A DNA stretch of 64,000 nucleotides, taken from the human T2T-CHM13v2.0 reference genome, Homo sapiens. Positions 1 to 13,524 of the stretch are shown here, in pieces (the stretch's first letter is position 1; every line of letters begins with the position of its first letter). The notes under the pieces were generated by a model. That model saw only the letters and a program-made list of their open reading frames with translations. It ran no database searches and was not told the origin of the DNA. The position numbers were made by a program, and so were the translations under genes. The stretch lies in NCBI RefSeq assembly GCF_009914755.1, contig NC_060928.1; one strand, given 5' to 3'.

Positions 1-205
1 ACTGATGTAATGGAGCTGGGTCATACCAGCTCACAGGAGACTATTTATACATCCCTTACTAACATTGCAAGTAGTAATAATATGTTGGTAGCTTGAAATG
101 GGCCATAGTGGGAGTAATTACATTCAGGAAATACAAAATACTAGAAGTCAGAGCTCCCCCGTTCACCCAAAGTCCTTAGGGAGCCTATTTACCAGCATAT
201 CACTG
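1..205 (+). mobile_element. MER63A-like hAT-Blackjack MITE
   Basis: Contains gttggtagcttgaaatgggccatagtgggagtaattacat and ends tttaccagcatatcactg, matching the recalled MER63 core and terminal inverted repeat. Confidence 0.75.
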
Positions 206-639
206 TTTCTATATCATGTTCCCAGGCTTTAATTATATCTATTTTAAGTAGATATGTATCTATAAAAGCTTATTTTTTCATTTAATTTAAGTTTCTTTTA
301 TCTAAAATATATATTCTCATTTACTCATCTGGCTATTGCACACATCCTATGTGCTTACTGTGCTGGGGCAAGAACATAGTTACAATTTCAGTTTTCTTAT
401 TTTCTACTAAATAGGGGCCATACAATATTTACTATGAACACACATAAAAGACACTCTGTTGTGTTAGTTAAATGAATGCTTTTACCAGTAACTTTAACCC
501 CAACATAATCTCAGCTCCAAGTATCCAGTTTTCTAAGTTTTCTAATTATGACTTTTAATGTTTTCATTATCTCATTTCCCAAAATTATTTGATCCCATGC
601 AAACCAATGACTCTTATCAGTTTCTCATTGTCTCCTGAA

Positions 640-880
640 AACCCTCATGCCTTCATATCTCTGCTAATAAAATTTGGATTCTATGGCTTATAATTAGAAT
701 GGCAATCTTGCATAAGCCTAAATTTTCTCTTTTAATCAATTTATTCAACTGGACCGGCAACCTACAATTTAAAGAATTCAAATCCCCAGCCTTCTATTGT
801 GTGTAGCTGAACTTGTCTAAAGAAAAGCACACAACTTTAAATGTATACCCATTAATAATAACAGGGCCCTTAATACTGCC
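640..880 (+). mobile_element. Degenerate L2 ORF2 fragment
   Basis: gctgaacttgtctaaagaaaagcacacaac...gggcccttaatactgcc resembles L2 consensus; highly diverged. Confidence 0.45.
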
Positions 881-2929
881 TTAACTGTGCTCAAAGAGCT
901 AAGGAAAATTATGAAGAAAGAACTTAAGAAAACAAGGAGAATGATGTACCATTACATAGAGAATATCATAAGCATATAGAAATTATAAAAATGAACCAAT
1001 AGCAATTCTGGAGCTGAAAAGTGCAGTACATGAAATGAAAAGTTTCCTATAAGGTTTTAATAACATATTTGAGCAGACCAAAAAAAAAAAAAAAAAAAAA
1101 GAACCAGGAGAGTTAATGATAGAGCAATTGAAATTACCCCACCTGAGGAGAAGAAAACAAATAAAGATTTTTTTAAAATGGACAAAGACTAAGTGACATA
1201 TGGGACACTACCTAGTGTGGCAACATAGAAATTATGGGAATCTAAGGAAGAGAAGAAAAAGGTAAGAGAAAATATTTGGTAAATTTCTAAGTTTGATGTA
1301 AGATATTAACATACACGTCTAAAAAGCCCAATGGACTTCAAGTAGGATAAGCTTTAAAAGATCCAGATGGACATATTATAATCAACCTGTCAAAAGCCAA
1401 AGACAAAGCAGCAAGTCAGAAGTGATCCATCCTGTGTAGGAAATCCTCAATAAGATAATAGCTAATTTCTCATCAGAAACATTGTGGCTAGGAAGCATTG
1501 GATTGATTTATTTTGTCAACCAAAAATTATATACCTGGGAAAACAATCTTTGAAAAATAAAGAATACATTAAGACATTTAAAGATAAACAAAAGCTTTGG
1601 TAGTTCATTACCAATACTTCTTTCCTACAAGAAATGATAGAAGGAGACTTTCCCTGTGAAATGAAAACATGGTAGATAACAACTTTATGCCATAAGAAGA
1701 AATAAGAAACACTGGTAACAATAACTAAATAGCTAAGCCAGTATTTGTGTACATTGAGTTTCTAATACTTCTTCTTTTTCTACATAACTTAAAAGAAAAA
1801 TGCATAAATTTGTCTTAATTGGCACCCAATGTAAAAAGATGTAATATGTGACAATAATAATTTAAAAAGTAAGGACAGAGATGTGTAGTAGTGTTTATAT
1901 ACCATTGAATCTACGTTATTATTATTTAAAGTAGGTTGTTATACAAGTAAGATATTAATTTCAGCCCTAAGGTAACTATTAAGAAAATATCTAAAATATA
2001 TAGAGAAAAGGAAAGGAGAATCAAAATGGTATGCTGCAGAAATTTGGCTAAGTATTAAAAAAAAGCAGTAATGCAGAAATCGTGGAATTAAAAAACAAAA
2101 ACCGACAAACATATAAGCTATATAGGAAACAAACAGCTAAATGGCAGAAGTAAGTCCGTCCTTATCAGTACTTATTTTAGATGTTCATGGCTTAAATTAT
2201 CCAATCAAAACTTACAGATTGGAAGACTGGACAGAAAAAAAAACAAGGTAATTCATTTGTACACTGTGTACATGAGACTCACTTTATATATAAAGATATA
2301 ATGAAGATAAAAGTAAAAATGTAGAAAAAGACATTCCATGTAAATTGTAATCAAAAGAGAGCTGCGGTACGAATACTAACATCAGACAAAATGATATTTA
2401 AGTAAAGAGTTTATAAGACAAACAAAAACTTACGTATTAAAAACATTGCCAATACAGCAAGCAGATATAACAATTATAAATATATATGTTGTACATGCCA
2501 AATGAGCAACAAATATATGCAGTAAAAATTGATAGAATTGAACGGGGAGATAGATGGTACAACCATAATATTTGGAGACATCAATACCCCATTTTCACCA
2601 ATAGGCAGAGCAACCAGACGTAAAGCAAGAAAGAAACAGAGGACATGAACAAAAGTTTAAGCCACTTTGACTTACTAACACATGTAGAACACTGAACCCA
2701 GCAAAAAGAGAATGCATATTCTTCTCAGTGTTTATTAAACTTTCTCTAGGATCATATGTTGGACCAAAAAAAAGATCTTAACAAATATAAAAAGATTGAA
2801 ATCCTACAAAGTATCTTTTCTGGCTACATGGAATAACACTAGAAATCAGTAACAGAAGGAAAACAGGAAAATTTACAAGTATATGGACATTAACAACACG
2901 TCTTAAGCAACCAGTAAGTCGAAGAAGAA

Positions 2930-3184
2930 AACACAAGAGAAAACAAAACATACCAAAATTAAGAGAATATTCATCACAATTATTCATTGGCTAAGTTATT
3001 TTAAAAAGTGGTAATGCAGGAATTGTGGAGTTAATTTGTCATATTGTGTTTTCTTTTTATTCATCACAATGCACATTATAACAAATAAAGAGAAAACACA
3101 GCATACCAAACTATTTTTATTCATCACAATGCACTCATCACATTATGTATTGTGATGAGTAAAGAGAAAACACAACATACCAAA
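2930..3184. repeat. Cluster of short direct and inverted repeats inside the L1
   Basis: agagaaaacamarcataccaaa x3, tattcatcacaat x3, 30-bp inverted pair 3044-3073/3146-3175, and 10-bp hairpin 3133-3160. Confidence 0.85.
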
Positions 3185-3234
3185 AGTAATGAAATGCAGT
3201 AAACCTCGTGCACATTGAAAACATTATAGCTGTT

Positions 3235-3545
3235 GGCTAGGCATGGTGGCTCATGCCTGTAATTCCAGCACTTGGGAAACTGAGACCAGCAGATCACTTG
3301 AGGCCAGGAGTTGTAGAACAACCTGGCCAACATGGTGAAACCTGTCTCTACTAAAAATACAAATATTAGCCAGGCATAGTGGTGCCTGCCTGTGATCACA
3401 GCTACTTGGGAGGCTGAACCACAAGAACCGCTTAAACTTAGGAGGTGGAGGTGTAGTGAGCCAAGAACATGCCACTTACTTCCTTCCAGTCTGGGTGACA
3501 GAGACAGAGCGAGACCCTGTCTCAAAAAAAAAAAAAAAAAAAAAA
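3235..3545 (+). mobile_element. Alu, old (AluJ-like)
   Basis: Dimeric Alu with gatcacttgaggccaggag and gagaccctgtctc J-type diagnostics, and a poly(A) tail. Confidence 0.92.
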
Positions 3546-3640
3546 GTAAAGAAAGAAAGTATTACTGTGAATACCTTCATTTAAAAAGAAGAAATAAATC
3601 AATATTTGGAGGCCAACATTTGGCCTCCTAGAACATATTA

Positions 3641-3712
3641 GAAAGTACAAAGATTAGCAGACAGATACCAATATTGGAAAGTATAAAGATTAGCAGACAA
3701 AGATACCAATAC
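3641..3712. repeat. ~36-bp tandem duplication
   Basis: gaaagtacaaagattagcagacagataccaata followed by gaaagtataaagattagcagacaaagataccaata. Confidence 0.85.
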
Positions 3713-5514
3713 AAAAGTACAGACCAATATCCCCTCTGAGCATAGATACAGAAATTTTCAACAAAATGCTAAAAAGCTAAATCTGACATCATATTAAAAG
3801 TATTATATACACGGACCAATTGGACATCATCTCCAGAATGCAAGACCAATTCAAAAGAAGAAAATTAGTATATGTAACATACCACATCAATAGAATAAAA
3901 ATACTTCAGCATCTCAATTGATGCATGAAATGTATTTGATAAAATTTACATTCAGTTAGCTGTAAATGCATAGATTTATATGTGGGTTCTCTATTCTGTT
4001 CCATTGGTCCAATTTTCTGTTTTAATACCAGTATCAAGCTGATTTGGTTACTATAGATTTGTGGTATATTTTGAAATGAGGTAGTGTGATGCCTCCAGCT
4101 TTGTTCTTTATGCCCAGGACTGATCTGGCTATTGGGTGTCTTTTGTGGTTCCATACAAATCTTAGGATTTTCCCCCCTGTTTCTGTGAATAATTTTATTG
4201 GTATTTTTATACAAATCTATAAATTGCTTTGGGTAATATTGTCTTTTTAACATATTAGTTCTTCCAGTCCATGAAAATGAAATATTCTTCCATTTTTTGT
4301 GTCCTCTTCAATTCTTTTCATTAGCATTTCATAGTTTTTCGTATAGAGATCTCTCATTTCATTGGTTGAATTAGCTTCTAGGTATTTTATATTATTTGTA
4401 GCTATTGTAAGTAGAATTACTTTTTTGATGTCTTTTCCAGATTACTGAATTTATATTGCCATCTTCAAATGCTACTGATTTTTGTATGTTGATTTCGTAT
4501 CCTACAACCTTCCTGAATTAGTTTATCTGTTTTGTTTTTTGATGGTGTCATTAGGTTTTCTAAGTATAACATCAGATTGTCTGTAAGCATGGCTAATTTG
4601 ACTTATTTCCTTCCCATTTGCTGCCATTTCTTTCTTTCTTTTCTCTAATTACTCTGGCTGAGACTTCCAAAATTATGTTGAATAAAAGTGGTGAAAGTGG
4701 GCATTCTTGTCTTGTTCCAGATCTTAGAGGAAAGTCTTTCAATTTTTCCCCATTCAGTATGATGTTAGCTACGGGTTGGTTATGCAGGATCTTTGTTATT
4801 TTAAGGTATATTTATTCTATATCCAGTTTGTTAGGGTTTTTATCATCAAGGGATGTTGAACATTATTAATTTTTTGCCATCTATTTAAATTATTATGTGT
4901 TTTATGTTATTGGTTATGTTAATGTGATGTATCACATTTATTGATTTGTGTATGTCGAACCATCCTTGCATGTGTAGATGATTGGTCATGATGAATGATA
5001 TTTTTAATGTGTGGTTGAATTCAGTTTACTAGTATTTTGCTGAGGATTTTTGCTTCTATATTTATCAGTGATATTGGCCTGTTGTTTTATCTTTTGTTGT
5101 ATTCTTGTCAAGTTTTGATATCAGGGCAATACTGGCCTCATAGAATGAGTTTAGAAGTATTCAGATCTTTTCCAATTTTTTTGAATAATTTGGGTAGAAA
5201 TAGTATTAATTCTTCTTAAATGTATGGTAGAATTTAGCACTGAAGTCATCAAGTCCAGAGCTTTTCTTTGATGGAAGACTTTTTATCACAGCTTTGATCT
5301 TGTTACTTGTTATTTGTTTATTAAAGTTTTCTATTTCTTCATGGTTCGATGTTGGTACGCTATATGTGTCCAGGAATTTCTTAGTTTCTTCTAGGTTTTT
5401 CAATTTGTTAGCATACAGTTGTACATAATAATCTCTAAAGACTTTTTTTTAAATCTGTTATTTCAGTTGTTATACATCCTTTTTTGTTTCTGATTTTATT
5501 TATTTGGTATGTTT

Positions 5515-5828
5515 TCTTATTTTATTTATTTATTTATTTGAGACAGGATCTTAATCTGTCACCCAGGCTGGAGTGCATTGTACAGTGGTATAATCTCTGC
5601 TCACTGCAACCTCTGCCTCTCAGGTTCAAATGATTCTTGTGCTTCAGTCTCCCAAGTAGCTGGGATTACAGGTGTGCACCATCACACCTGGCTAATTTTT
5701 GCATTTTTGGTAGAGATGGGGTTTTGCCATGTTGGCCAGGCTGGTCTCCAACTCCTGGCTTCAAGTGATCCACCCACCTCAGCCTCCCAAAGTGCTGGGA
5801 TTACAGGTGTGAACCACTGTGCCCAGGC
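5515..5828 (-). mobile_element. Alu (AluJ/old S) with (TAAA)n tail
   Basis: Antisense Alu dimer within the L1; (ttta)n tail at ~5515-5539. Confidence 0.92.
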
Positions 5829-6445
5829 TTTTTGTTACTTTGGAAGCCTAGCTAAAGTTTTGTCAATTTGGTTTATGTTTTCAAAAAACCAACTTTTGTT
5901 TCATTGATCTTCTGTATTTTTTAGTTTCAAATTTATTTATTTATGTTCAGATTTTTCTTATTTCTTTGCTTCTACCAATTTCGGGTTGGGTTTGTTCTTG
6001 CTCTTTTTGTTCCTTGAGATACATCATTAAGTTGTTCATTTGTGGTCTTTTAACTTTTTTGATGTAGGTGTTTATTGCTATAAACTTCCTTCTTAGTACT
6101 ATTTTTATTGTATTCCATAGATTTTCATATGTTGTATTTCCATTTTTATTTCAATACATTTTTAAATTTTCTTCTTAATTTCTCCATTAAACCGTTGTTG
6201 ATTCAGGAGCATGCTGTTTAATTTTCATGTGTCTTTGCATTTTCTAAGGTTCCTCTGGTTATTGATGTCCAGTTTTATTCCATTGTGGTTAGAAATACTT
6301 GATATTCTTTCTATATATTTTTTAATTTCTTGAGACTTGTTTTGTGGCCTATGATATCATCTCGCTTGGAAAATGTTCCATGTGCTTATGAAAAGAATGT
6401 ATATTCTTTAGCAGTTGGGTGAAATGTTTTATAAAAGTCAGTTAG

Positions 6446-6582
6446 GCCTGTGGTCCCAGCTACTCAGGAGGCTGAGGCAGGAGGATTGTTTCAGCTCAGG
6501 AATTTGGGCAGCAGTGAGCTGTGATCTTGCTACTGCACTCCAGCCTGGGTGACCAAGTGAGACTCTGTCTCTAAAGAAAAAA
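6446..6582 (+). mobile_element. 5'-truncated Alu right monomer (AluJ/FRAM-like) with TSD
   Basis: Starts gcctgtggtcccagctactc and has an A tail; flanked by 13-bp TSD aaaagtcagttag at 6433-6445 and 6583-6595. Confidence 0.88.
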
Positions 6583-9450
6583 AAAAGTCAGTTAGACCTA
6601 TTTGGTCCAGTGTGTATAGTGTGTAGCTGAACTCTGCTATCTCTTTGTCACTTTTTTTTTGAATATTCTGTTTGTGCTAATCGTGGGGTGTTGAATTCCC
6701 TTTATATAAATTGTATTGCAGTATATTCTTCCCTTTAAATCTATTGATGTTTGCTTCATATACTTGAGAGCACTCATGTTGGGTGCAAAGGTATTTATAA
6801 TTGTTATATCCTCTTGCTAATCTGACGCTTTTATCATTATATAGTAACCTTCTTTCTCTGTTTTAACAATCTGTCTGTCTGTCTGTTTGTTTTACAGTCT
6901 TTTAACTTGGTCTGTTCTGTTTTGGTTTCCATTTGCATGAAATATCTTTTTCCACCATGCACAACCAGTCTGCCTGTCTTTATAGATGAAGTAGGTTTGT
7001 TGTAGGAAGCAAATAGTTCAGTCTTGTTTCTTAATCCATTCACACAGCTATGCCTTTTAATTGGAAAATTGAGTCCTATTAAATTTTTAAATTTTAATTT
7101 ACATTTAGTTAGTACTGATAAGGAAGGCCTTAGTGCTGTCATTTTGTGCCTTGTTTTCTGGCTGTTTTGTAACTCCTGTCTTCGTTGTTTTTGTTTTGTT
7201 TTGTTTTTCTGTCTCACTTTGCGGTTAAGGGATTTTCTCTGGTAGTATATTTTAATTGATTGCTTTTTATTTTTAGTGAACCTATTACATTGCATTGTGG
7301 TTACCATGGGGCTTTCAAAACACATTTTATACCAAGTTATTTAAAAGAAATGACAATTCATGTTAGATCACATAGAAAAGAATAGAAAACAAAAAGCAAA
7401 TGGAAAAAAAAAAACCTCTACACTATAAATTCTCCCCCTCCTCTCCAATATGTTGACTTCATGTTGTCTCCATTTACATATTTTATATTGCCTATCTCTT
7501 AACACGTTGCTGTACATATTATTGTTTTTGATAGAGTTTTCATTTGGGCTTTATATTAACTTTGTGAATAGATAGCACACCACAATTATATTATTAGAGT
7601 ATTCTTGCTTTGTTTTTGTATTTAATTTTACCAGTGGGTTTTATATCTTGGAGGTTTTTTTTAATGTTAGTGTTTTATTCTTCAGATTGAAGAACTCTCT
7701 GTACCTTTTCTTGGAAGATGAGTCCGATGGTGGTAAATTTCCCAAACATTGTCTAAAAAACACTATATCTCTCCATATTTGAAGGATAGCTTTGCGGAAT
7801 AGGAGTTTTATTCTTTCTTCCAGAACTTTGAAAATGTCATGCTACTCCCTCCTGTCCTGTATGGTTTCTGTTGACAAGTCTGTTGCCAGACAAATTGGAG
7901 GTCATTTATATGTTATTTACTTCTTTTATCTTACTTCTTATAGAATCCTTTCTTCTTCCTTAACCTTTGAGCATTTGATTATTATGCACTTGTAGTAGTC
8001 TTATTTGGCTCAAATCTGTTTTGTGTTTTCTGAACGTCCTTCAGTTGAATATTTATCTCTTTCTTAACTTTTGCAAAGTTTTCTGTTATTATTTATTTGA
8101 ATAAGCTTTCTATACCTTACTTTTGCTCAACTCCTTCTTGAACACTAATAATTCTTAAATTTTGACTTTTTTTCTTTTTCTTTCTTTTTTTTTAACCTAG
8201 CCATTAACCACCTAATATAGATCTGGTCTTTTGAGGTAATTTTCTGTATCTTGTTTGCAATCTTTATGGCTTTTCATTTCTTTTTCTCTTCTGTTTTCAA
8301 ATAACCTATCTTTGAGCTTACTCATTCTTTCTTCTTCTTGATGCACTCTAGTGTTGAGAGCCTTTGATTTTTTTTCAGTTCAGCGAATATATTTCTCAGT
8401 TCCAAAATTTCTCTTTGATTTTTTTAGTATATCAGTCTCTGTGTTAAATGTCTCATAAGTTTTTGAATTGCATTACTGTGTTATTTTGGAGGTCATTGAT
8501 TTTCTTTAAAACTGCTGTATGAATTCTTGGTAAGAGAGTTCACATATCATTATCTCGTTAGGGTCAGTAACTAGTTCCTTGCTTTGTTCATTTGGGGAGG
8601 TGACAATTCACCATTTCTGTAGTTTTTTTGTGGATTTTCACCCACATTTGGCATTAAAGGGTTATTTCTTTCTTTCAGTCTTCTCTGTCTGGCTTTTTTG
8701 TTTGTTTTTTTAATTAGATACAATTGCTTACTCTTTGTAATTTACCTGTTGATCTTGTTTTTTCCCCACCAGCTCACTGCCTCTGTTTCAGCACTAGATG
8801 GTGCCTTAAGCCCAGGTTTGCTTTGGTTCTAGTAATCACATTGCCAAATGTGGGAGGTGCCAAAAGAATGCCCTGGAGTGCCAGAAAGCTTCCCAGGAGT
8901 TTGTGCCCAGGGAACCTGTGGAACAAACTTTCAACAGTGTGGTGCTACTGAACAGCTGTTCTGATTTGGCATCTTTTTCATCCGAATTATGGAGCAGAGT
9001 TTTTATAGCTGTGGATGGTCATCCCACCTCCCAATTTGGTCTCTGGCAGTCCTAAGGAATATTTATCCCTCCAGGCATTCTCAGTGCTTCCTATGGGTTG
9101 AGGCAGAAACAGTTCTCCTGCCAGAGAACACAATATATTGGGGAAATTGGTTGTCTGTCTCAATCTCCCTTTTTCCCGTGTAGAAACCGTGAGTTCGGGA
9201 AATTTTCCACAGGCTTTGTGCTGGGCACATTGCAGGGAAGTGCATTGTGAATGTAGAAGTCTGAATGTCTTACCATCTGCTGGAGGGTTTTTTTTTTTTT
9301 CTACTTCTCTGTGGCCACAGAAACTGACTCATTTTCATACTTGAGGTATAAAACGTTGCTAATAATAATCTCAGTGCTGTATATTTGTTTTGGGTTTCTG
9401 CGGGCCTGGGGAATGAAGCCTGCTTTCTTCTATGCCACCATTTTGGACCT

Positions 9451-10930
9451 TATTGAATTTCATGTGGCTCTGGGTAGCCATAACTGTTTTGAAAGAAAAC
9501 AAAGTTAAGGACTTATGATTGTCAATTTCAAAACTTACTACAAAGCCACAGTAGTCAAACCAGTGTGGAACTGACATAAGCATAGATATATAGACAAGTG
9601 GAATAGACTTCATAATACAGAAAGAAATTTAAAATTGATTTTTGAAAAGAATGCAAAGACCATGGGGAATGACCAATTCACTCAAGAAGCAGAGCTGTGA
9701 AACTGGATAAACATATTCAAAAGAATGAGGTTGGACCCCTACCTCATGCCATATAAAAATTTTAACTCAAAATAGATTAATATTTAAATTAATAAGCTAA
9801 AACTGTAAGACACTGTAAGAAAATATAGAGGTAAATCTTCCTGACCTCAGGTTTGGCATGGATTCTTAGATTTGACACTGTAATCATGCACACAAAAAGT
9901 TAAAAATAAAAAGATAAACCTGACTTTTTAAAAGTTAAAACATTCATGCATCAAAAGATATTGTCAAGAAAGTGAAAATTCAACTTATGGCTTGGGGGAA
10001 ATTTTGCAAATCATATGTGTGATAAGTATTGAATATCCAGAATCCATAAAATCTCTTATAACTCTAGCAAAAAACCTCAAACAACCCAATTCAAAAACAA
10101 GCAAATGATTCGAATAGATATTTCACCAAATAGGATATAAGTATCCAAGAAGTTCATGGGAAGATGTTCAACATCATTCACAATTAAGGAAATGCATATT
10201 ATAACCACAATGAGATACCACTTTATACATACTTGGGTGGCTATAACCAAAACAATGGAAAATAAACGTTGGTAAGGATGTGGAGGTTGGAAGTCTTATA
10301 CATTGCTGATGGGAATGTAAAGGGTGCAACCATTGTGGAGAACAGTTATATGGTTCCTCAAAGAGTTAAACATAGACTTATCATAGGACTCAGGAATTCT
10401 ACTCCTAGGTATACGTGCAGGAGAAATAAAATATGTGTACATGCAGAAACTTGTCCATGATTGTTTATTGTCTCATATTCATAATAGCCTAAAGTGGCAA
10501 CAACCTAGATCTATATTATTAGACAAATGGATAAACAAATTGTGGTACATATATACAATGAAATAATTATTCAGCCATAAAAAGCAGCAAATTTTGATAA
10601 TGATACAACTTGGGCCAGCCCTAAAAACAATATTCTAAGGGAAAAAAACCACACAAAGGTTGCACATTGTACGATTCCTTTTACATAAAATATTCAAAAT
10701 AAGCAGATTTATAGAGACAGAAAAACAGATCGGCAGTTTCCAGAGAATAGGTAAAGAGAAGATTTAGGATTGGCTAGTTTGTAGGCAGAGGGCTCTACTC
10801 TAATGATGAAAAGTTATGAAACTATTGTTGCACAACCTTGTGAACGCATTAAGTGCTGCTGAATTATATACTTTAATACTTTAATCTGATTTTTTATAAG
10901 TTATGTAAATTTCACTTTGATTATTTAAAA
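9451..10930 (+). mobile_element. L1MB-class 3' ORF2 and 3'UTR (probable continuation of the 890-3954 element)
   Basis: aatttcaaaacttactacaaagccacagtagtcaaac; accacaatgagataccac; 3'UTR gttgcacaaccttgtgaacgcattaagtgctgctgaattatatacttt. Confidence 0.85.
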
Positions 10931-12069
10931 GAACCTTTTAAATGTAGTTCAGAATTGTCTTTCCTTAACTGCCCTTAAAATATCAAAGGAAATGAGTCCA
11001 AAATTCAGTCTCTCTAGTAACTTTTCTCCCAGGAACCTTCTCTTTTGTCCTCAAAATTCTCAATGTCTCAAAGAGCGAAGGAAAGAATCATTTTATCTTT
11101 GAAAATCCTATAATATTCCTAGGTGACATAGAGACAACACATTCTACCACTTATTTTCACCTTACACTGCCTCAGCATACAAAAATTGTACGGTGGTGAA
11201 ACTTGATAACCTACCGCTTGACTTTCCTTTATCCCAACCTTTTTCTGTCTTACTAAGATCTCTTACTACCCAGCTGAGCTTAGTGCTGATACTCCAGCAT
11301 AACTATTAGGAAGAGAGCAATTTTTAGATGCGAAACATTGAGTAATAAGCCTTTTGCATCTGCACACACGTTTATCACGTTTATATATTTGTGAGTATGC
11401 AGTACTTTCCTACATTTTATGGTGTTATCAAATTAGGTTATATTATCACTTCAAATAACTCTATCCTAATGGTTTACAGGTATGTAAGCACTTCTATTAA
11501 TTAAACTTTCTAAAACTTCAGGGAATTGGACTTACAAAACTTTCAATGTGCCTAAAAGTATGCCTTTAGAAACTAACATGTTTTAAGACTTTGACCACTT
11601 TATTTAGGAATTTTTGTTTGCAAACAAGACTAATTTAATATGCTTCATTTAATAAATCAACTGTCTTCTGATTTACCCGTGTCAAATAAAAAAACAGATA
11701 TGCATTTTACCCCACTTGGATAGTTCTTCTTCAGGTTATGCTGGTTTACTGTTTGACTAAGATAGCATTGCATCTACTAGATCATTAAGATCATAAAAAT
11801 TGTAAATTTGTGCTCAACCAAATTAAAGCATTATTCTGACAACTCTATTTCAACAATCATATTTTGCAGTGGGTAAACTTGAGGATAGTTTTCAAGATCA
11901 TTAGGTAACTTAAAACTCTGAACATATGCCAAATTATGTTATTTAATGGATATTCATTGCATAACTGGATCATTTCTAAGCAAGAAAAATACTGAAGTAT
12001 TAAATACAGAGCATAATTTAAATTTATATACTTTTGGCCTCATTTTTAATATTTTTACAGAGATAGACT

Positions 12070-12142
12070 GTATATATATGTGTATATATATACACACACA
12101 TATACATATACATATACACATATATATATATACACACACACA
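12070..12142. repeat. Compound (TA)n/(CA)n/(TACA)n microsatellite
   Basis: Directly visible. Confidence 0.95.
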
Positions 12143-13524
12143 CAATCATTTTTGTACCTTAGAATTTGCACTATAAAGAATGTGGATGGCTATAAAAAAA
12201 GTCCTAAGATGTATATTTATAGGTTTTGCTGGTCTAATTCAAAATGCTGGTATATGACAGTTTAAAATTAACTACTTCTTAGTTTTCTTTGTGAAATTGA
12301 ACTTACTGTGGTTAAAAGCTCTAATTACTATATATGAATGAGAGGATCATAGGAGCCATAATACAGAGAGGAACAATTTTTTATGGAAGGTATAAAATAT
12401 GTGTTAAGGGAAAAGAAAATATTACTGCCCTAAAGTAAATTGACTATCCTAGAATGACAAAGAAGAAAGTGTAGGATAAAATCTGAATGCATATAGACAA
12501 TTTTAGAAAGTCTGGAAAAAAGAAATTTCATTTGCCCCCACCAAAGCTGGCTATGTTTTGATGGGTTTAGCTTTAATATCAAATATTATATTCATGCAAA
12601 ACTAAATTTCGTTTTCTCTCCATTAAACTGACAAAATTATCTCGGGATTTTTGGTTTGCTTTTAGTAAAAGTTTGCAAAGATTTTTCTTTACCTTCTGAG
12701 TAATCTGCCTAGAAGGCAAAGATTCTATGTAATTGAAAAAATTTCAGATGGAGAGGATACTGTCTTCTCACGTTTAAAAGATCTAAGATTCTTTATAAGC
12801 ATGTTACCTCTTATGTTTACTTAAAAAATATTTTACAGCTACTTAACTAGTCAAGTATTGTTTTTCTTAATAACTTATGATTTTATTAAATTGTTAGAAT
12901 CTCCTGAATATTTTGTTATTTTGCCATCCCCAAATCAGATCATGAATGAGAATAGGGCCTCTGGAAAAACACAAATGATTTGTTATCTCACCTTGTAAAA
13001 AGAGACATGCTAAAATATTTCTGTTGATGAGCTGAATGGAGGTACTGTCAAATCAGAACAGCTTGGGCTTCTTGAGGTAAAATCTGGAGAGTATGGGGAA
13101 ATGTTACTTATGTAAATATTTAAGAAATTGCATAAAGTTTCCAGGGATTTGCTATTGCCTTCACTGTCAATTAAATCTTTCAATTTACCAGAGTCCTGGT
13201 GCTGCTTTGCAGAAAATTAGATAATAGTAATACGGTGTTATACAATTTTAGCTATTTTTTTAAAAATGCAACCTTAATTGCAACTTTGCTTTTTTAATTT
13301 GCTTTTAGCATATTCTAGGCTGATGGTTTTCGTGATGTGAATTTGAGCATTCACATCACTTACCTATGGAGTTTTATTAAAATATAGATGTTTAGGACCT
13401 ACTCCAAACTTAACAAATAGATTTACTTCATAGTCTTGATATGTTCTTGGTACATTCCAACTATATGCTAGCTATAGTCATAGTATATTGTATCTCAAAC
13501 CAGATTTCCTTTTTCACTAGAAAG

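Larger units (their letters stand above)
890..3954 (+). mobile_element. Old L1 (L1M/L1MB class), ORF1 plus 5' ORF2 fragment
   Basis: A-rich strand with ORF1 motifs (gcaattctggagctgaaaa; gctaatttctcatcagaaac), endonuclease region (ggagacatcaataccccattttca) and RT start (agaccaatatcccc; catctcaattgatgca); many stops and frameshifts. Confidence 0.85.
3955..9450 (-). mobile_element. L1 (L1MA/L1M2-3 class): 5'UTR, ORF1 and 5' ORF2, 3' end missing
   Basis: T-rich strand with gaataaaagtggtgaaagtgggcattcttgtcttgttccagatcttagagg; minus ORFs 3906-4253 and 5206-5403 are L1 ORF2-like; the 5' end reads gtccaaaatggtggcatagaag on the minus strand near 9450. Confidence 0.88.

Noticed and set aside
3124-3525. 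133-aa ORF and the similar ORFs at 5578, 14785-15083, 16607, 22854, 23376-23661 and 45516
   Set aside because: These are typical Alu-derived translations ([24 protein letters not shown]) lying within Alus, not genes.
3906-7325. L1 ORF2/ORF1-like ORFs as an active retrotransposon
   Set aside because: Fragmented by stops, frameshifts and Alu insertions, and the 3' end is missing.
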